Of a DNA stretch of 64,000 nucleotides, positions 19,957 through 28,816 are shown in pieces; positions within the stretch are counted from its first letter, which is position 1, and each line of letters starts with the position of its first letter. A program made the translations under genes and the position numbers. The notes under the pieces were generated by a model, which was given only the letters and a program-made list of their open reading frames with translations, had not been told where the DNA came from and made no database searches. This DNA comes from Pseudomonas phage KPP25: the sequence record AB910393.1. The stretch is one strand, 5' to 3'.

Positions 19957-21828
19957 TCATGCGCTCATGTGACTGCCGTTCCCGACGCCGCGCAGGATGT
20001 CGGACAACTGCTGCGCAACGGTGCGATCCCCGCGACGCGGCCGGCGCGCGGAAAGAGGGAGCGGTGGGTTCTTAGTAAGGATCAGCTGTGCCATCCATGC
20101 AAGCGCGTCGACTATATCATCGTGCCGGCCTACCGGGAATCGAAGGAACTCAGCCTTCATCGTCTCGATCCAGCGAGCGCCGCGGCGCAGCGTGACCATG
20201 TGGTTCGCCATACGGCCCTGGAGCGGCCGGGCACGTGCCGATTTATCGGTCAGCGGCTTCAGCAGTTCGACCTTGACGTAGATTTTCCGCCGCTTGGCCT
20301 CGGCTTCGAAATACGGCCTGATCGACTTCCAAATCTGCCCATCTTCCACGCCCAGGACGGGGTTGTGCGACTTGTACCGCTGCACGGTGTCGAGTATGGC
20401 CGTGACCACCTTCGAGCTGTCCCCTGTGCGCATACGGATGATGTCGTCGACGTGGATCGTGTCGTTCGGCATGTGCAACCCGGCGGCGATGACGGTGTAG
20501 TCACTGGTCTGCTTCTCGGTGATCGCGAAGTCCACGGCGATGTACGCCGTGCCGTCGTAGCGCTCGTCCCCAGGGTCGTGCTCGATGAAGTAGTCCGACT
20601 TGAAGTATTCCCCGTCGTCCGGCACCGGGTTCTGCTGGTACAGGCTGTTCCAGTCCCGTGCGTGCAAAATCCGTTTCAGATTGAGCAGGTACTTCCGGCT
20701 GTACCGGGCTTCGTGCAGAGCTTCCCCGGCCTTCCTGAACGGTACGGCGCCGGGCAGCGGTGAGTCGACGATCGTATCGTCCTGGGTCAGCCACTCGTCG
20801 TTCTCGGCCAAGGCAGCGAAGTTGACGATCTTCCATTTCTCGTACTCAGGATCTTCCTGCATCGCGGCGCAGAGCCGGCCGGACAGGTCATCATCGTGCC
20901 AGCGGGTGTTGATCAGCAGCACGCCGCCGCCGGGGGTCAAACGAGTCAGCGCCGTCGAGGTGTACCAGTCCCAAGTCTTCTCCCGGATCGTCTCCGAATC
21001 CGCCGATTCCCGGTCCTTGAACGGGTCGTCGATGATCAGCATGTGGCAGCCCATACCAGTCACGCCGACGCCGACGCCCGCGGCACGTACACCGCCGCCT
21101 TTCGATGTGGCCCAGTCATCGATACGCTCGTTGACCAGTTCCAAGTCCGGGAAGATCGCCCTGTATTCCTGGCTCTTCACCGTGCTGAGGATGTCGCGGG
21201 ACATCTTCTCGGCCAAGTCCATGCCGTAGCTGGCCAGGATGATCCCTGCCTCCGGGTATTTCCCCAGCGCCCAGGCTGGGAACTTCCGGCTGGTCTGCTC
21301 GGATTTCCCGTGCCGCGGCGGGAACGTGACCATGACGCGGGGCGACCGCCCATTCATGGAGTCGTCGAGAAATTGCTCCAGTACGCGCGCCAGGATCTCG
21401 TGGGCGACGGCTACCTCGTACTTCGAGTTCATCTTCTGCACGAACGGGAGGAACCGCCGGCGCATGAGCGTGCGCTCGGCCATGATCTTCTGCGCGGCGG
21501 CCAGCTGGTACTCGTGGCTATCCCGGCTGACGACCCCGATACTGCCGTCCTCGTAGATCACGTGGGCCGAATTCGACCGCGTGTTCTCACGCATGATCTT
21601 CGGGTTGGCGCGGGGCTTCTTCTTGTCGATCCGGTCTTTCTTCAGCTTGGCCGTTTTCGGGATCGGCACGGTATCGACAGGATCGTTCGCTACATCGACG
21701 ATCTTGTTCCCTCGGCCGGCGACGCGGCAGGACAGACAGATCCCGGTGCTGTGCCTGGGGGTATAGATCGGCGATTCGCACTTCGAGCAGTGCCAGCGCG
21801 GCTTACGCTCACTCGACGTATTCGGCAT
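19957..21828 (-). CDS. terL: Terminase large subunit, 623 aa.
   Basis: Walker A (PRHGKSE), Walker B (MLIIDDP), a C-terminal nuclease region and a GAAGGAG RBS. Confidence 0.85.
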   Translation of the reverse strand: MPNTSSERKPRWHCSKCESPIYTPRHSTGICLSCRVAGRGNKIVDVANDPVDTVPIPKTAKLKKDRIDKKKPRANPKIMRENTRSNSAHVIYEDGSIGVVSRDSHEYQLAAAQKIMAERTLMRRRFLPFVQKMNSKYEVAVAHEILARVLEQFLDDSMNGRSPRVMVTFPPRHGKSEQTSRKFPAWALGKYPEAGIILASYGMDLAEKMSRDILSTVKSQEYRAIFPDLELVNERIDDWATSKGGGVRAAGVGVGVTGMGCHMLIIDDPFKDRESADSETIREKTWDWYTSTALTRLTPGGGVLLINTRWHDDDLSGRLCAAMQEDPEYEKWKIVNFAALAENDEWLTQDDTIVDSPLPGAVPFRKAGEALHEARYSRKYLLNLKRILHARDWNSLYQQNPVPDDGEYFKSDYFIEHDPGDERYDGTAYIAVDFAITEKQTSDYTVIAAGLHMPNDTIHVDDIIRMRTGDSSKVVTAILDTVQRYKSHNPVLGVEDGQIWKSIRPYFEAEAKRRKIYVKVELLKPLTDKSARARPLQGRMANHMVTLRRGARWIETMKAEFLRFPVGRHDDIVDALAWMAQLILTKNPPLPLSARRPRRGDRTVAQQLSDILRGVGNGSHMSA

Positions 21829-22507
21829 CTTCGGCTCCTTCGATTTCCTCGGCCGACAAGATCCGGCTGTTCTCTTGGATCACCTTCAACAACTCGGCGT
21901 CGGTCTTGGTCTGCATCTGCGCTGCGATCTGCGCCGCGCCGCCGGTGATCTCGATCTTGACCTTGGCCTCATACATCCCGTGCATCAGGCCCAGTTCCCG
22001 GTAGCCGGCGATCATCGTGCGGGGGTCAGCCATCTGCCGGGCGATGGCAATGGCATCCCGGAACCCATGGATGATCTCTTCGCGCGTGACCTCGCTGATT
22101 TCCATGTTCTTTTCGAAGAGCGTACGCAGCGCGCGCTGTACGCCGACACGGTTCATCAGCTTCTTGGCATCCGCCGCGGGGGAGGGGAAGTTCGCGCCGG
22201 CGGCGGCATCGACAGGACTCTGCCCCTGGGCCACACGGATGCAGAACTCCCTTTCCATCGGGTCAAGGTCCATCAGGGACTTCGCGCGGGTGCGCTGGAG
22301 CTTGTAGTGACGCTGCTCGTCAGGGTCGACGAACGAATGCTCCGACTTGACCTCAGCCACTGCGGTCGATGCGCGTGACATGGCGGTGGCCGCCTTGGTT
22401 TTCGAGGGCGGCCGCCGGGAAGTGGCCTTGGTAGCGGTTGTCTTGGTAGCGGTTGTCTTGGTAGCGGTCTTGGTGACCTTGGTAGCGGTCTTGGTGGTGC
22501 GTGCCAT
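21809..22507 (-). CDS. terS: Terminase small subunit, with N-terminal (T-K-T-A)n repeats.
   Basis: It lies upstream of and overlaps terL. It has a helix-turn-helix-like core (FCIRVAQGQSPVDAA). The second ATG has a GGAG RBS. Confidence 0.6.
   Translation of the reverse strand: MARTTKTATKVTKTATKTTATKTTATKATSRRPPSKTKAATAMSRASTAVAEVKSEHSFVDPDEQRHYKLQRTRAKSLMDLDPMEREFCIRVAQGQSPVDAAAGANFPSPAADAKKLMNRVGVQRALRTLFEKNMEISEVTREEIIHGFRDAIAIARQMADPRTMIAGYRELGLMHGMYEAKVKIEITGGAAQIAAQMQTKTDAELLKVIQENSRILSAEEIEGAEDAEYVE
22424..22497. repeat. Imperfect 12-15-bp tandem repeats (CTTGGTAGCGGT...) encoding the TKTATKTTATK tract of terS.
   Basis: Direct inspection. Confidence 0.7.
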
Positions 22508-22654
22508 GTCGTACTCCACGGGGATGGGACGGCTGTTTCATGGCACAAAGTGTAGCGGGGCGGGGAGTAGGTGGTCCATCCGTGGACCGGTCGGCATGGC
22601 TCGCGGGTTCAGTCTACGCAGCTGCCGAGGGGCGCGTAAAGAGGTCGGCGCAGG

Positions 22655-22954
22655 TCAGATTTCGAGCGATTCGTTGATTTTGATAAGCGCCAGCTCTACA
22701 TAGCGCAGGCGGTCGTTCAGGGAGTCGAGTGCATTGAACAAAGGACTATGTACGGCAGGAGACACCGGCACGTCGTTATTTGCCTTGACGGTGGTCAGCA
22801 TGACCGGTGCGAGCCGGGCGGCCAGTTCGTCCACTGCACGATCGAGGCGGTTGACGGTACGCTCGATTTCGACGATGGCATCGGCCACGGGCGAAGAGGC
22901 CGTAGATTGCGCAGCCTGCGCGGTGTTGAGGTCGGCGTGAGTAGGTGCAAACAT
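22655..22954 (-). CDS. Hypothetical protein, about 99 aa.
   Basis: The ATG at 22954 has an AGGAGTGAC RBS. Confidence 0.5.
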   Translation of the reverse strand: MFAPTHADLNTAQAAQSTASSPVADAIVEIERTVNRLDRAVDELAARLAPVMLTTVKANNDVPVSPAVHSPLFNALDSLNDRLRYVELALIKINESLEI

Positions 22955-22959
22955 GGTAG

Positions 22960-23319
22960 TCACTCCTGTACGGGGCTGGTGAGGCCGTTGGGTTCCAGGC
23001 GCACATCCATCCAGGCGCGGAAGCCGGCCAGTTCCCACAGCTTGTCGCGGGCCTGATCCAGGGCTTTGCCGGTGGCGATGCGCTCGCCGATCTCACGATT
23101 GAAGTTGTTCGGGTCCACGCAGGCGCTGATGGCAGTAGCCAGGGTGAACTCACCGTCGAGCAGCGCGACGGCAACTGTCGTGGTGGTGCCTTCTACGACG
23201 TGGCAGCGGACGACCACACGGTTGAACAGGCTCTGGATATACGACGAGGGGATGCGCGGGGCGGTCAAACCCTTGGCTTTCATTTCCTGCTCGGTCTTGC
23301 TCTCGGATTCGATGGACAT
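22960..23319 (-). CDS. Hypothetical protein, about 119 aa. It may be a Gp49/Sf6-gp66-like small conserved phage protein.
   Basis: ATG at 23319 with an AGGAGTGATCGA RBS. The family assignment is tentative. Confidence 0.45.
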   Translation of the reverse strand: MSIESESKTEQEMKAKGLTAPRIPSSYIQSLFNRVVVRCHVVEGTTTTVAVALLDGEFTLATAISACVDPNNFNREIGERIATGKALDQARDKLWELAGFRAWMDVRLEPNGLTSPVQE

Positions 23320-23323
23320 TCGA

Positions 23324-23755
23324 TCACTCCTGGGGCTTGTTGAGTTCGTGGTCGTCGGTGATGACGAGATCGGCGTTCGCACCGGTGATCGCTCCCGACA
23401 GTGCAGACGGTTCAGCGTGCATCAGCTCGTGTTCAGCACGTTCGATCTCGGCGCGCTTGGACTCGATCACGTCCTTGTTGCTGTAGGAACCGTGCTTGCC
23501 TTCTTCCACTTCACGAGCCAGCTCTTCGATGGAGGGCAGGCCGAAGGCTTCACGAGCGCGTTGGATGATGCCGCCGTACGAGTTGACCAGATCCATGTGC
23601 AGGGTGGCCAGTTCGCGCATGGCGTCGTCGGCCTGGAACTGATCTTCGGAGTCGATGCACTGCTGGAGGTATTCGATACGGGACTTGAGGTAGTCGAGGT
23701 CGTTGAGGTGGGTAACGCAGGCTGCGATGGTGACTTGCTTCAGGGAAGGGTTCAT
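23324..23755 (-). CDS. Hypothetical protein, about 143 aa. It is the first gene of the minus arm.
   Basis: Internal ATG with an AAAGGA RBS. The upstream part of the ORF lacks an RBS. Confidence 0.45.
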   Translation of the reverse strand: MNPSLKQVTIAACVTHLNDLDYLKSRIEYLQQCIDSEDQFQADDAMRELATLHMDLVNSYGGIIQRAREAFGLPSIEELAREVEEGKHGSYSNKDVIESKRAEIERAEHELMHAEPSALSGAITGANADLVITDDHELNKPQE

Positions 23756-24082
23756 GCCGTGATCCTTTGCGGTTGGGTTGAACGCGGTGAATGTAGCACT
23801 GAAACGTTCAACGTGACAACCTTGTGGGTTGGTGGTTTTATTTTGAAACTGCTCCGATGGCCTTGCGGTTTTGTTTTTGACGACCTCGCGACTTTGTTTT
23901 AGATGGCCATGGGAGCGTGGGGGCAGGTCCACCCCTCCCCTTCAAAACACCCACTCCCCGCTTCGGATTCGTTTTCGTCTCCGACCAAAAGAATTCTTAC
24001 CCCCTCCCCCTATGCCTCTCGTGATTCGCGGAGCGAATCACCCTTACTCCTTGTGTCTTTCATCCACACTGGAGTTCGCATC
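23756..24082. promoter_or_regulatory. Divergent intergenic control region between the two arms. It has sigma70-like elements facing right (for example TTGACG-17-TAGATG) and an 8-bp inverted repeat.
   Basis: 327 bp with no ORF. It contains TGACAA-17-TTTATT and TTGACG-17-TAGATG candidate promoters, and the inverted repeat TGATTCGC-gga-GCGAATCA at 24022-24040. Confidence 0.5.
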
Positions 24083-24313
24083 ATGACCTTGCTCGCTCGC
24101 TACAAGACCTTCGTTTCGGTTCTCAACCGTGTGCTTGCTCTCAAGTTCAGCCTCGGCTTGATCATCTTCTGCATCACCTACGTCGGCATCAGTGCCTTTG
24201 GCTTCTATGCCTTGTGGTTCACCTACGGCTGGTGGTGCGTACCCATCCTCGCTGGCGCTACCGTGGTCATCTACTACACGCAGCGCTTCTTCATCGACGC
24301 CATCTTCATCTGA
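24083..24313 (+). CDS. Small membrane protein, 76 aa, two TM helices.
   Basis: GGAG RBS and a hydrophobic sequence. Confidence 0.55.
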   Translation: MTLLARYKTFVSVLNRVLALKFSLGLIIFCITYVGISAFGFYALWFTYGWWCVPILAGATVVIYYTQRFFIDAIFI

Positions 24314-24381
24314 CCTACCGTGCGCGCTGCGGAGCAGCGCGCTCTCTGTCTCTACGCATTCATTCACTTCGAGGATCTACC

Positions 24382-24663
24382 ATGTCCACTTTCGCTGCTC
24401 TGAAGAACCTGGGTTCGGCCATCGTCTCCGACATCGCTGCTGGCGCACGCGCGACCGCATCTGCAACCAGCTCGGCCTACGAGTCGGTCAGCGCCAAGGT
24501 CGCGCACAAGCGTGGCGAGCGCCAGATCATCAACGAGTTCCGCAACATGCTGAACGAACATCCTGGCGAGCTGCTGGCTGCGATGCGCAGCATTCAGGAT
24601 CAGCTCGCACAGCCGGCCAAGCCTGCACGCAAGCCTCGCGCTCGCAAGGCGGCTGCACAATGA
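24382..24663 (+). CDS. Hypothetical protein, 93 aa.
   Basis: GAGG RBS. Confidence 0.5.
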   Translation: MSTFAALKNLGSAIVSDIAAGARATASATSSAYESVSAKVAHKRGERQIINEFRNMLNEHPGELLAAMRSIQDQLAQPAKPARKPRARKAAAQ

Positions 24664-24857
24664 GCCAGTCGCAGGTCAACGAGTTCCTGGCTCTGCTCCA
24701 GGCCAACCGCCAGCTGATGGCGCAGCTGTCCGAAGCATTCGGCACTGCGCTTGAAATGGCCGACCACCACATGGCGAGCGCATCGCGGCACATGGCTCGC
24801 ATCAACGACGAGCTGCTGGCCGCGGTGCATCGCATCGAGAATCCATCGCAGGTCTGA
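24660..24857 (+). CDS. Hypothetical protein, 65 aa.
   Basis: ATGA overlap with the upstream stop. Confidence 0.45.
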   Translation: MSQSQVNEFLALLQANRQLMAQLSEAFGTALEMADHHMASASRHMARINDELLAAVHRIENPSQV

Positions 24858-24933
24858 CGACGAGGGCGCACCGGGAGGTGCGCCCCTTTTTGTCGTTGTG
24901 GCAATTCCGCCACTTTATATAGGACTCCGTACC

Positions 24934-25725
24934 ATGACCTACATCACCGATCTGCTCGATTCCAAGTCCCCGGCTGCTCTGGCTGCTCTGCGCACCACTG
25001 CGAACAGCTGCCTGATGCGTGCCGTCAACCAGTCACTGCGGCTGGCGCGCATCGAGCTGCGCAACGTCGGCGCTGGCATCGACGGCGCGAACAACCTGCG
25101 TGCCAACGCCGACGCCGCTAAGGCTCGCGCGAAGCAGCTCGAAGGCGCTGGCAAGCAGGGGATCACCGCTGAAGAGATCATCCAGCGCAACTTCCGCATG
25201 TACTACGCGATCGCTGTACGCCTGGAAGACCGCGACAACGAGTACGAGCGCGCCATGACCGTCGATCAGGCGTTCGAGCTGGTAACCACGCCGCGCGACA
25301 GCAGCAAGTTGTCGCAGTCCGTGGAGCTGGCTGCACTGTCGAAAATCTCCGGCATGTCGCCTGAAGACATCCTGAAGATGCGCGACCTCGACGCCCGCCG
25401 GTTCGCCGACTCGGCCAAGGATGCGGTGCCGCTGGCTCGCACGCTGCTCGACGACGTTTCCCACAACGGCGTCGGTGAGGACGAGCTGTTCCTCGAACTT
25501 CCGGTCCAGCAGCAGTTCCAGACCTTCGCCAAGGCAACCGAGGCTGCGGTCATCCAGCTGCAACGCGACACGCAGCGTGCTGCTCGCTTCCTCGAAAGCC
25601 CGGTGCGTGCTCTGCGTGACCTCGCGTTCAGCGACGTGACCGTGAGCAAGGCCGATGCGGACTCCCTGGAGAAACAGCTGGAGCACTTCATCGTCACCCA
25701 CAAGTCCGAACTGGAATTCATGTAA
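24934..25725 (+). CDS. Hypothetical protein, 263 aa.
   Basis: AGGACTCC RBS. Confidence 0.55.
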   Translation: MTYITDLLDSKSPAALAALRTTANSCLMRAVNQSLRLARIELRNVGAGIDGANNLRANADAAKARAKQLEGAGKQGITAEEIIQRNFRMYYAIAVRLEDRDNEYERAMTVDQAFELVTTPRDSSKLSQSVELAALSKISGMSPEDILKMRDLDARRFADSAKDAVPLARTLLDDVSHNGVGEDELFLELPVQQQFQTFAKATEAAVIQLQRDTQRAARFLESPVRALRDLAFSDVTVSKADADSLEKQLEHFIVTHKSELEFM

Positions 25726-25801
25726 ACCCTGGCGCTCGGCTCTTCGGAGTCGAGCGCCTTTTCCGCGTTCTACCCTCAACCACCAACCGCGCCTGGGCGC
25801 T

Positions 25802-26218
25802 ATGGACATCACTATGGACATCATCAAAAGCAACACCAACGAAGTCGACACCGACGCTGTAATGGAAGAACTCCACAACATCATGGCCAGCTACGCCGAG
25901 CGCGGCATATTCCTGTCGCTCTACTTCACCACCAACATCGAAATCGTCAACAAGGACGGCAACGATTACGGCTTCCGTGCTGCACGCGGCATGGTCAGCG
26001 TACCGGGCTGGGTGCATGGCGGTGGTATCGGCGCTGTCCTGAGCGCTATGGGTGAAGGCGTCGAGTTCACCGACAACCCGATCACCCTGGTGATGCGCGC
26101 TGCTCAACATGCCGCGGCGCACCAACAACTGATCACCGAGCACATGAATCAGGTGGGCGAAATCGGCCTGATCCAGCTTGTGGATAACTCCAAGTTGGAC
26201 GTGGTGAAAGCCGACTGA
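25802..26218 (+). CDS. Hypothetical protein, 138 aa.
   Basis: ORF with an in-frame ATG. Confidence 0.5.
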   Translation: MDITMDIIKSNTNEVDTDAVMEELHNIMASYAERGIFLSLYFTTNIEIVNKDGNDYGFRAARGMVSVPGWVHGGGIGAVLSAMGEGVEFTDNPITLVMRAAQHAAAHQQLITEHMNQVGEIGLIQLVDNSKLDVVKAD

Positions 26219-26242
26219 TTTCCGCACGTGTGTGAGGGGATC

Positions 26243-26275
26243 GGAGGGGGCCGACCCGCCCCCTTCTCCCCTCCG
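26243..26275 (+). terminator. Candidate terminator hairpin (AGGGGG-ccgacccg-CCCCCT) with a weak T/C tract.
   Basis: Direct inspection. Confidence 0.35.
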
Positions 26276-26339
26276 CCCTTTCTGTATCGATCGCTAACCT
26301 AAGTGGTTGTTTCTTGAAACCAATTAGCTTTTTCTATCG

Positions 26340-26880
26340 CTGTAACGCTTTCGTTCCAAACAGGATGAGACTGACTCTCAACAACCGTCACGATGTTACG
26401 AAATTCCGTCCACCGACGAAAATTTCGTAACACGCTCCAGCCCAGGCAGCACTAGGGGCACAGAGCTTTCTGTTACGATGTTACGATCTTTTCTTCTTTA
26501 TTCCACTACAGAAAATAAAAAAATAATAATAGATATAGTTAATAAGTATATAGGGCCACATATACACTGTATCTGTAGCGGAATAGCGCAGAACTTCGTA
26601 ACATTCGTGACAAAAGTGGCTCAAACCCGCGTGGCACTAAGGCTCCAGCGTGTTACGAAATTTTTTGAGATCGTGACAATCGTGACAAAATTTCCCGGCC
26701 AAAACCCCGCAAACCCGCGTGGCACTAAGGCTCCAGCCTGTTACGAAATTTTTTGAAGATCGTGACAAAACCTCGGTGTCACCCGGCACAAACCCGCGTG
26801 GCACTAAGGCTCCAGCGTGTTACGAAATTTTTTATGCACTTTCCGTCACTCCGTGACCAGATCCTTCATTTCAGTCATCC
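26340..26880. promoter_or_regulatory. AT-rich composite repeat cluster A, a candidate early promoter array and/or replication origin.
   Basis: It contains GTTACGAAATT paired with AAATTTCGTAAC as a palindrome, a GTTACGATGTTACGAT direct repeat, CTTTATTCCACTACAGAAAATAAAA with an A/T tract, and CGTGACA repeats. It also has three tandem 79-87-bp units each carrying the CGCGTGGCACTAAGGCTCCAGCGTG motif. A homologous cluster lies at 58230-58560. Confidence 0.6.
26624..26870 (+). repeat. Three tandem units (starts 26624, 26711 and 26790) of AAACCCGCGTGGCACTAAGGCTCCAGCGTGTTACGAAATTTTTT.
   Basis: Direct inspection. The three cores are identical except for a single g/c difference. Confidence 0.8.
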
Positions 26881-26894
26881 ACAGGAGCCTGGAA

Positions 26895-27098
26895 ATGCGC
26901 GTCCGCGACGTTCTGTTCTTCGCCATTTTTGCTTTCTTCGTCTTCATCGCCATGGCCATCTTCGTTTATGCCCCGGCAAAGGCCAGGAAAGCGCATTTCG
27001 AGGCGTGTTCAGCGCAAGGTGGGGTGTTGGTATACACCCGGTACGAAACCCCTCTATGCGTGAAATCTGACGCCTTCCTGTCCATCCCTAACTATTAG
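26895..27098 (+). CDS. Small membrane protein, 67 aa.
   Basis: AGGAG RBS and a hydrophobic helix. Confidence 0.5.
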   Translation: MRVRDVLFFAIFAFFVFIAMAIFVYAPAKARKAHFEACSAQGGVLVYTRYETPLCVKSDAFLSIPNY

Positions 27099-27109
27099 GA
27101 GATCACCCC

Positions 27110-27436
27110 ATGTTCGTCGACGCTCTGGCCTTCGGTTTCATGGCTGCCATCGGCATCTTCATCCTGCTATGGCGTCTGCCTCGCATCCTCGTCCTGCATC
27201 TGCTGGGTATGGGTTTCCTGCTCGACACGGCGTTCACCACCCTGGTGTTCTGGATGCACTGGGGCACAGCCATCGGCATGTTCGTCGCCACGATCGGCGG
27301 TCTGTTCGGGTCCGCCGGCATCAGTCTGGCCAAAGGCGTGCTCGGCTCGATCGACTTCAAGACCAAGCAGTACAAAGCTGGTTGGTTCGGTGACCGTCGC
27401 CCGCCCGAGTACAAGACCACTCCGCCGGCCAACTGA
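27110..27436 (+). CDS. Membrane protein, 108 aa, three TM helices.
   Basis: AGGAG RBS. Confidence 0.55.
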   Translation: MFVDALAFGFMAAIGIFILLWRLPRILVLHLLGMGFLLDTAFTTLVFWMHWGTAIGMFVATIGGLFGSAGISLAKGVLGSIDFKTKQYKAGWFGDRRPPEYKTTPPAN

Positions 27437-27510
27437 GCACCCACTCACCCACTCACCCGCTCACCCGCTCACCCTTCCCACGACCAAACTCTCATTGCCA
27501 GGAGCACGCC

Positions 27511-28587
27511 ATGCCGAGCTACGCCGATTACCCCATGCCTACTAAACACAAACGCTTGATCACCAAAGTCGAGGTATCGAAAGCGTTCGAGGCTGATCTG
27601 GACAACCACCTCCCGGTAGTGAGTGAATTGGCCAAGGTCAGAACCTACGCAGACTATGGACTGCGTGGCACGTCCAGCTACGACTCGTATGTGAATGGTT
27701 TCGACTTCGACAAGTCCAACGCTCCCGACGCTATTCCGTATATCGGCTCGAAGGCCCAACTCGCCAAAGCCAGGACACAACACCATGGCTTGTTCGACAA
27801 GCACGTGTTCAACCTGGCTTTGGCTCGTCACAACCCCAACCCCGGCACCCTCATGAAACCTTCTAGAAGCCGACTCGACCGGTCCATGTGCTACAGCCAG
27901 TTCACCGACTGCTTCTTCGACGACTGCCTTTTTCAAAACATCGATATAGTCGACGCAACATTTACGAACTGCGTTTTCTTCGGTTGCACGTTCAACAACT
28001 GCGCTAGCTACCGCACCAAGTTCGTCAACTGCATTTTCCTCAGTACGTTTTTTCAAGAAGGCAAGTGGGCGAACGCCAAATTCACCGGCTGCAAAATGTA
28101 CAGGGTACGCTTCTGCCTATCGACACATTCCGTCTCTACGTCGATGCCACAACTCGAATACGTTCAGTTCTACATGTCGAAACTCGTAGACGTAACCTTC
28201 GAAGGCGATATCTTCTATGACACTATCTTTCCGATGTCCCACTTGATCGGCGTGGCCCTGATAGATGTCGACCTAGCGAACGTGGATATGCGCACAGCAC
28301 TCCACGTCGACATCGAAAGCATGCGCGGATGCAGGCTCAGCCGACCGAATCCGACGCAGTTCATGTCGATGAACATCCACGACTACCCGATCGTGTACAC
28401 CTCGAACGTCATACAGATCGGTTGTCAGGCGTTCAGCATGGACCAGCTACGCCACTGCATCAGCATGGAAACGCAGGAGCTGTACCAGCTGGCTTCCGAT
28501 GCGCCGAGATTGGTGAAAGCCCACCTGAAGTGGCTGCTCAAGACCATCGAGCGCTTCAAACCCAAGCCGCTCCCGTACGAGTGCTGA
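27511..28587 (+). CDS. Pentapeptide-repeat protein, 358 aa.
   Basis: About 20 consecutive A(D/N)(L/F)xx-type repeats (TDCFF DDCLF ... VNCIF). It has an AGGAG RBS. Its GC content is markedly lower than its neighbours. Confidence 0.7.
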   Translation: MPSYADYPMPTKHKRLITKVEVSKAFEADLDNHLPVVSELAKVRTYADYGLRGTSSYDSYVNGFDFDKSNAPDAIPYIGSKAQLAKARTQHHGLFDKHVFNLALARHNPNPGTLMKPSRSRLDRSMCYSQFTDCFFDDCLFQNIDIVDATFTNCVFFGCTFNNCASYRTKFVNCIFLSTFFQEGKWANAKFTGCKMYRVRFCLSTHSVSTSMPQLEYVQFYMSKLVDVTFEGDIFYDTIFPMSHLIGVALIDVDLANVDMRTALHVDIESMRGCRLSRPNPTQFMSMNIHDYPIVYTSNVIQIGCQAFSMDQLRHCISMETQELYQLASDAPRLVKAHLKWLLKTIERFKPKPLPYEC

Positions 28588-28590
28588 ACA

Positions 28591-28812
28591 ATGAACCCTC
28601 CCAAGCGTTACCGCCCCGACACGGGGTTCGAGCGTCATGCATGGCGTCCCCACAATTACCTGCTGGACCACCCGCGGTTGGAATGGAACCCGTACACCAA
28701 TCATCGCCCGTGCAGGGACTTCGATTCGTCCCAGCTGGTACAGATCCAGCTGTTCGTCGTGGAGCACTCGCGCGAAATCATCAACCGCATCATGTGCGCT
28801 GCACAGGAGTAA
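28591..28812 (+). CDS. Hypothetical protein, 73 aa.
   Basis: ORF. Confidence 0.4.
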   Translation: MNPPKRYRPDTGFERHAWRPHNYLLDHPRLEWNPYTNHRPCRDFDSSQLVQIQLFVVEHSREIINRIMCAAQE

Positions 28813-28816
28813 CACC

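Noticed and set aside
23756-24082. Integrase/repressor lysogeny switch at the divergent region
   Set aside because: No integrase, excisionase or CI-like repressor ORF is present anywhere. The genome appears strictly lytic.
26624-26870. CRISPR array
   Set aside because: Units are 79-87 bp, AT-rich, only three copies, and lack short-repeat/unique-spacer alternation. No cas genes are present. The phage Cas4-like gene is elsewhere, in a replication operon.
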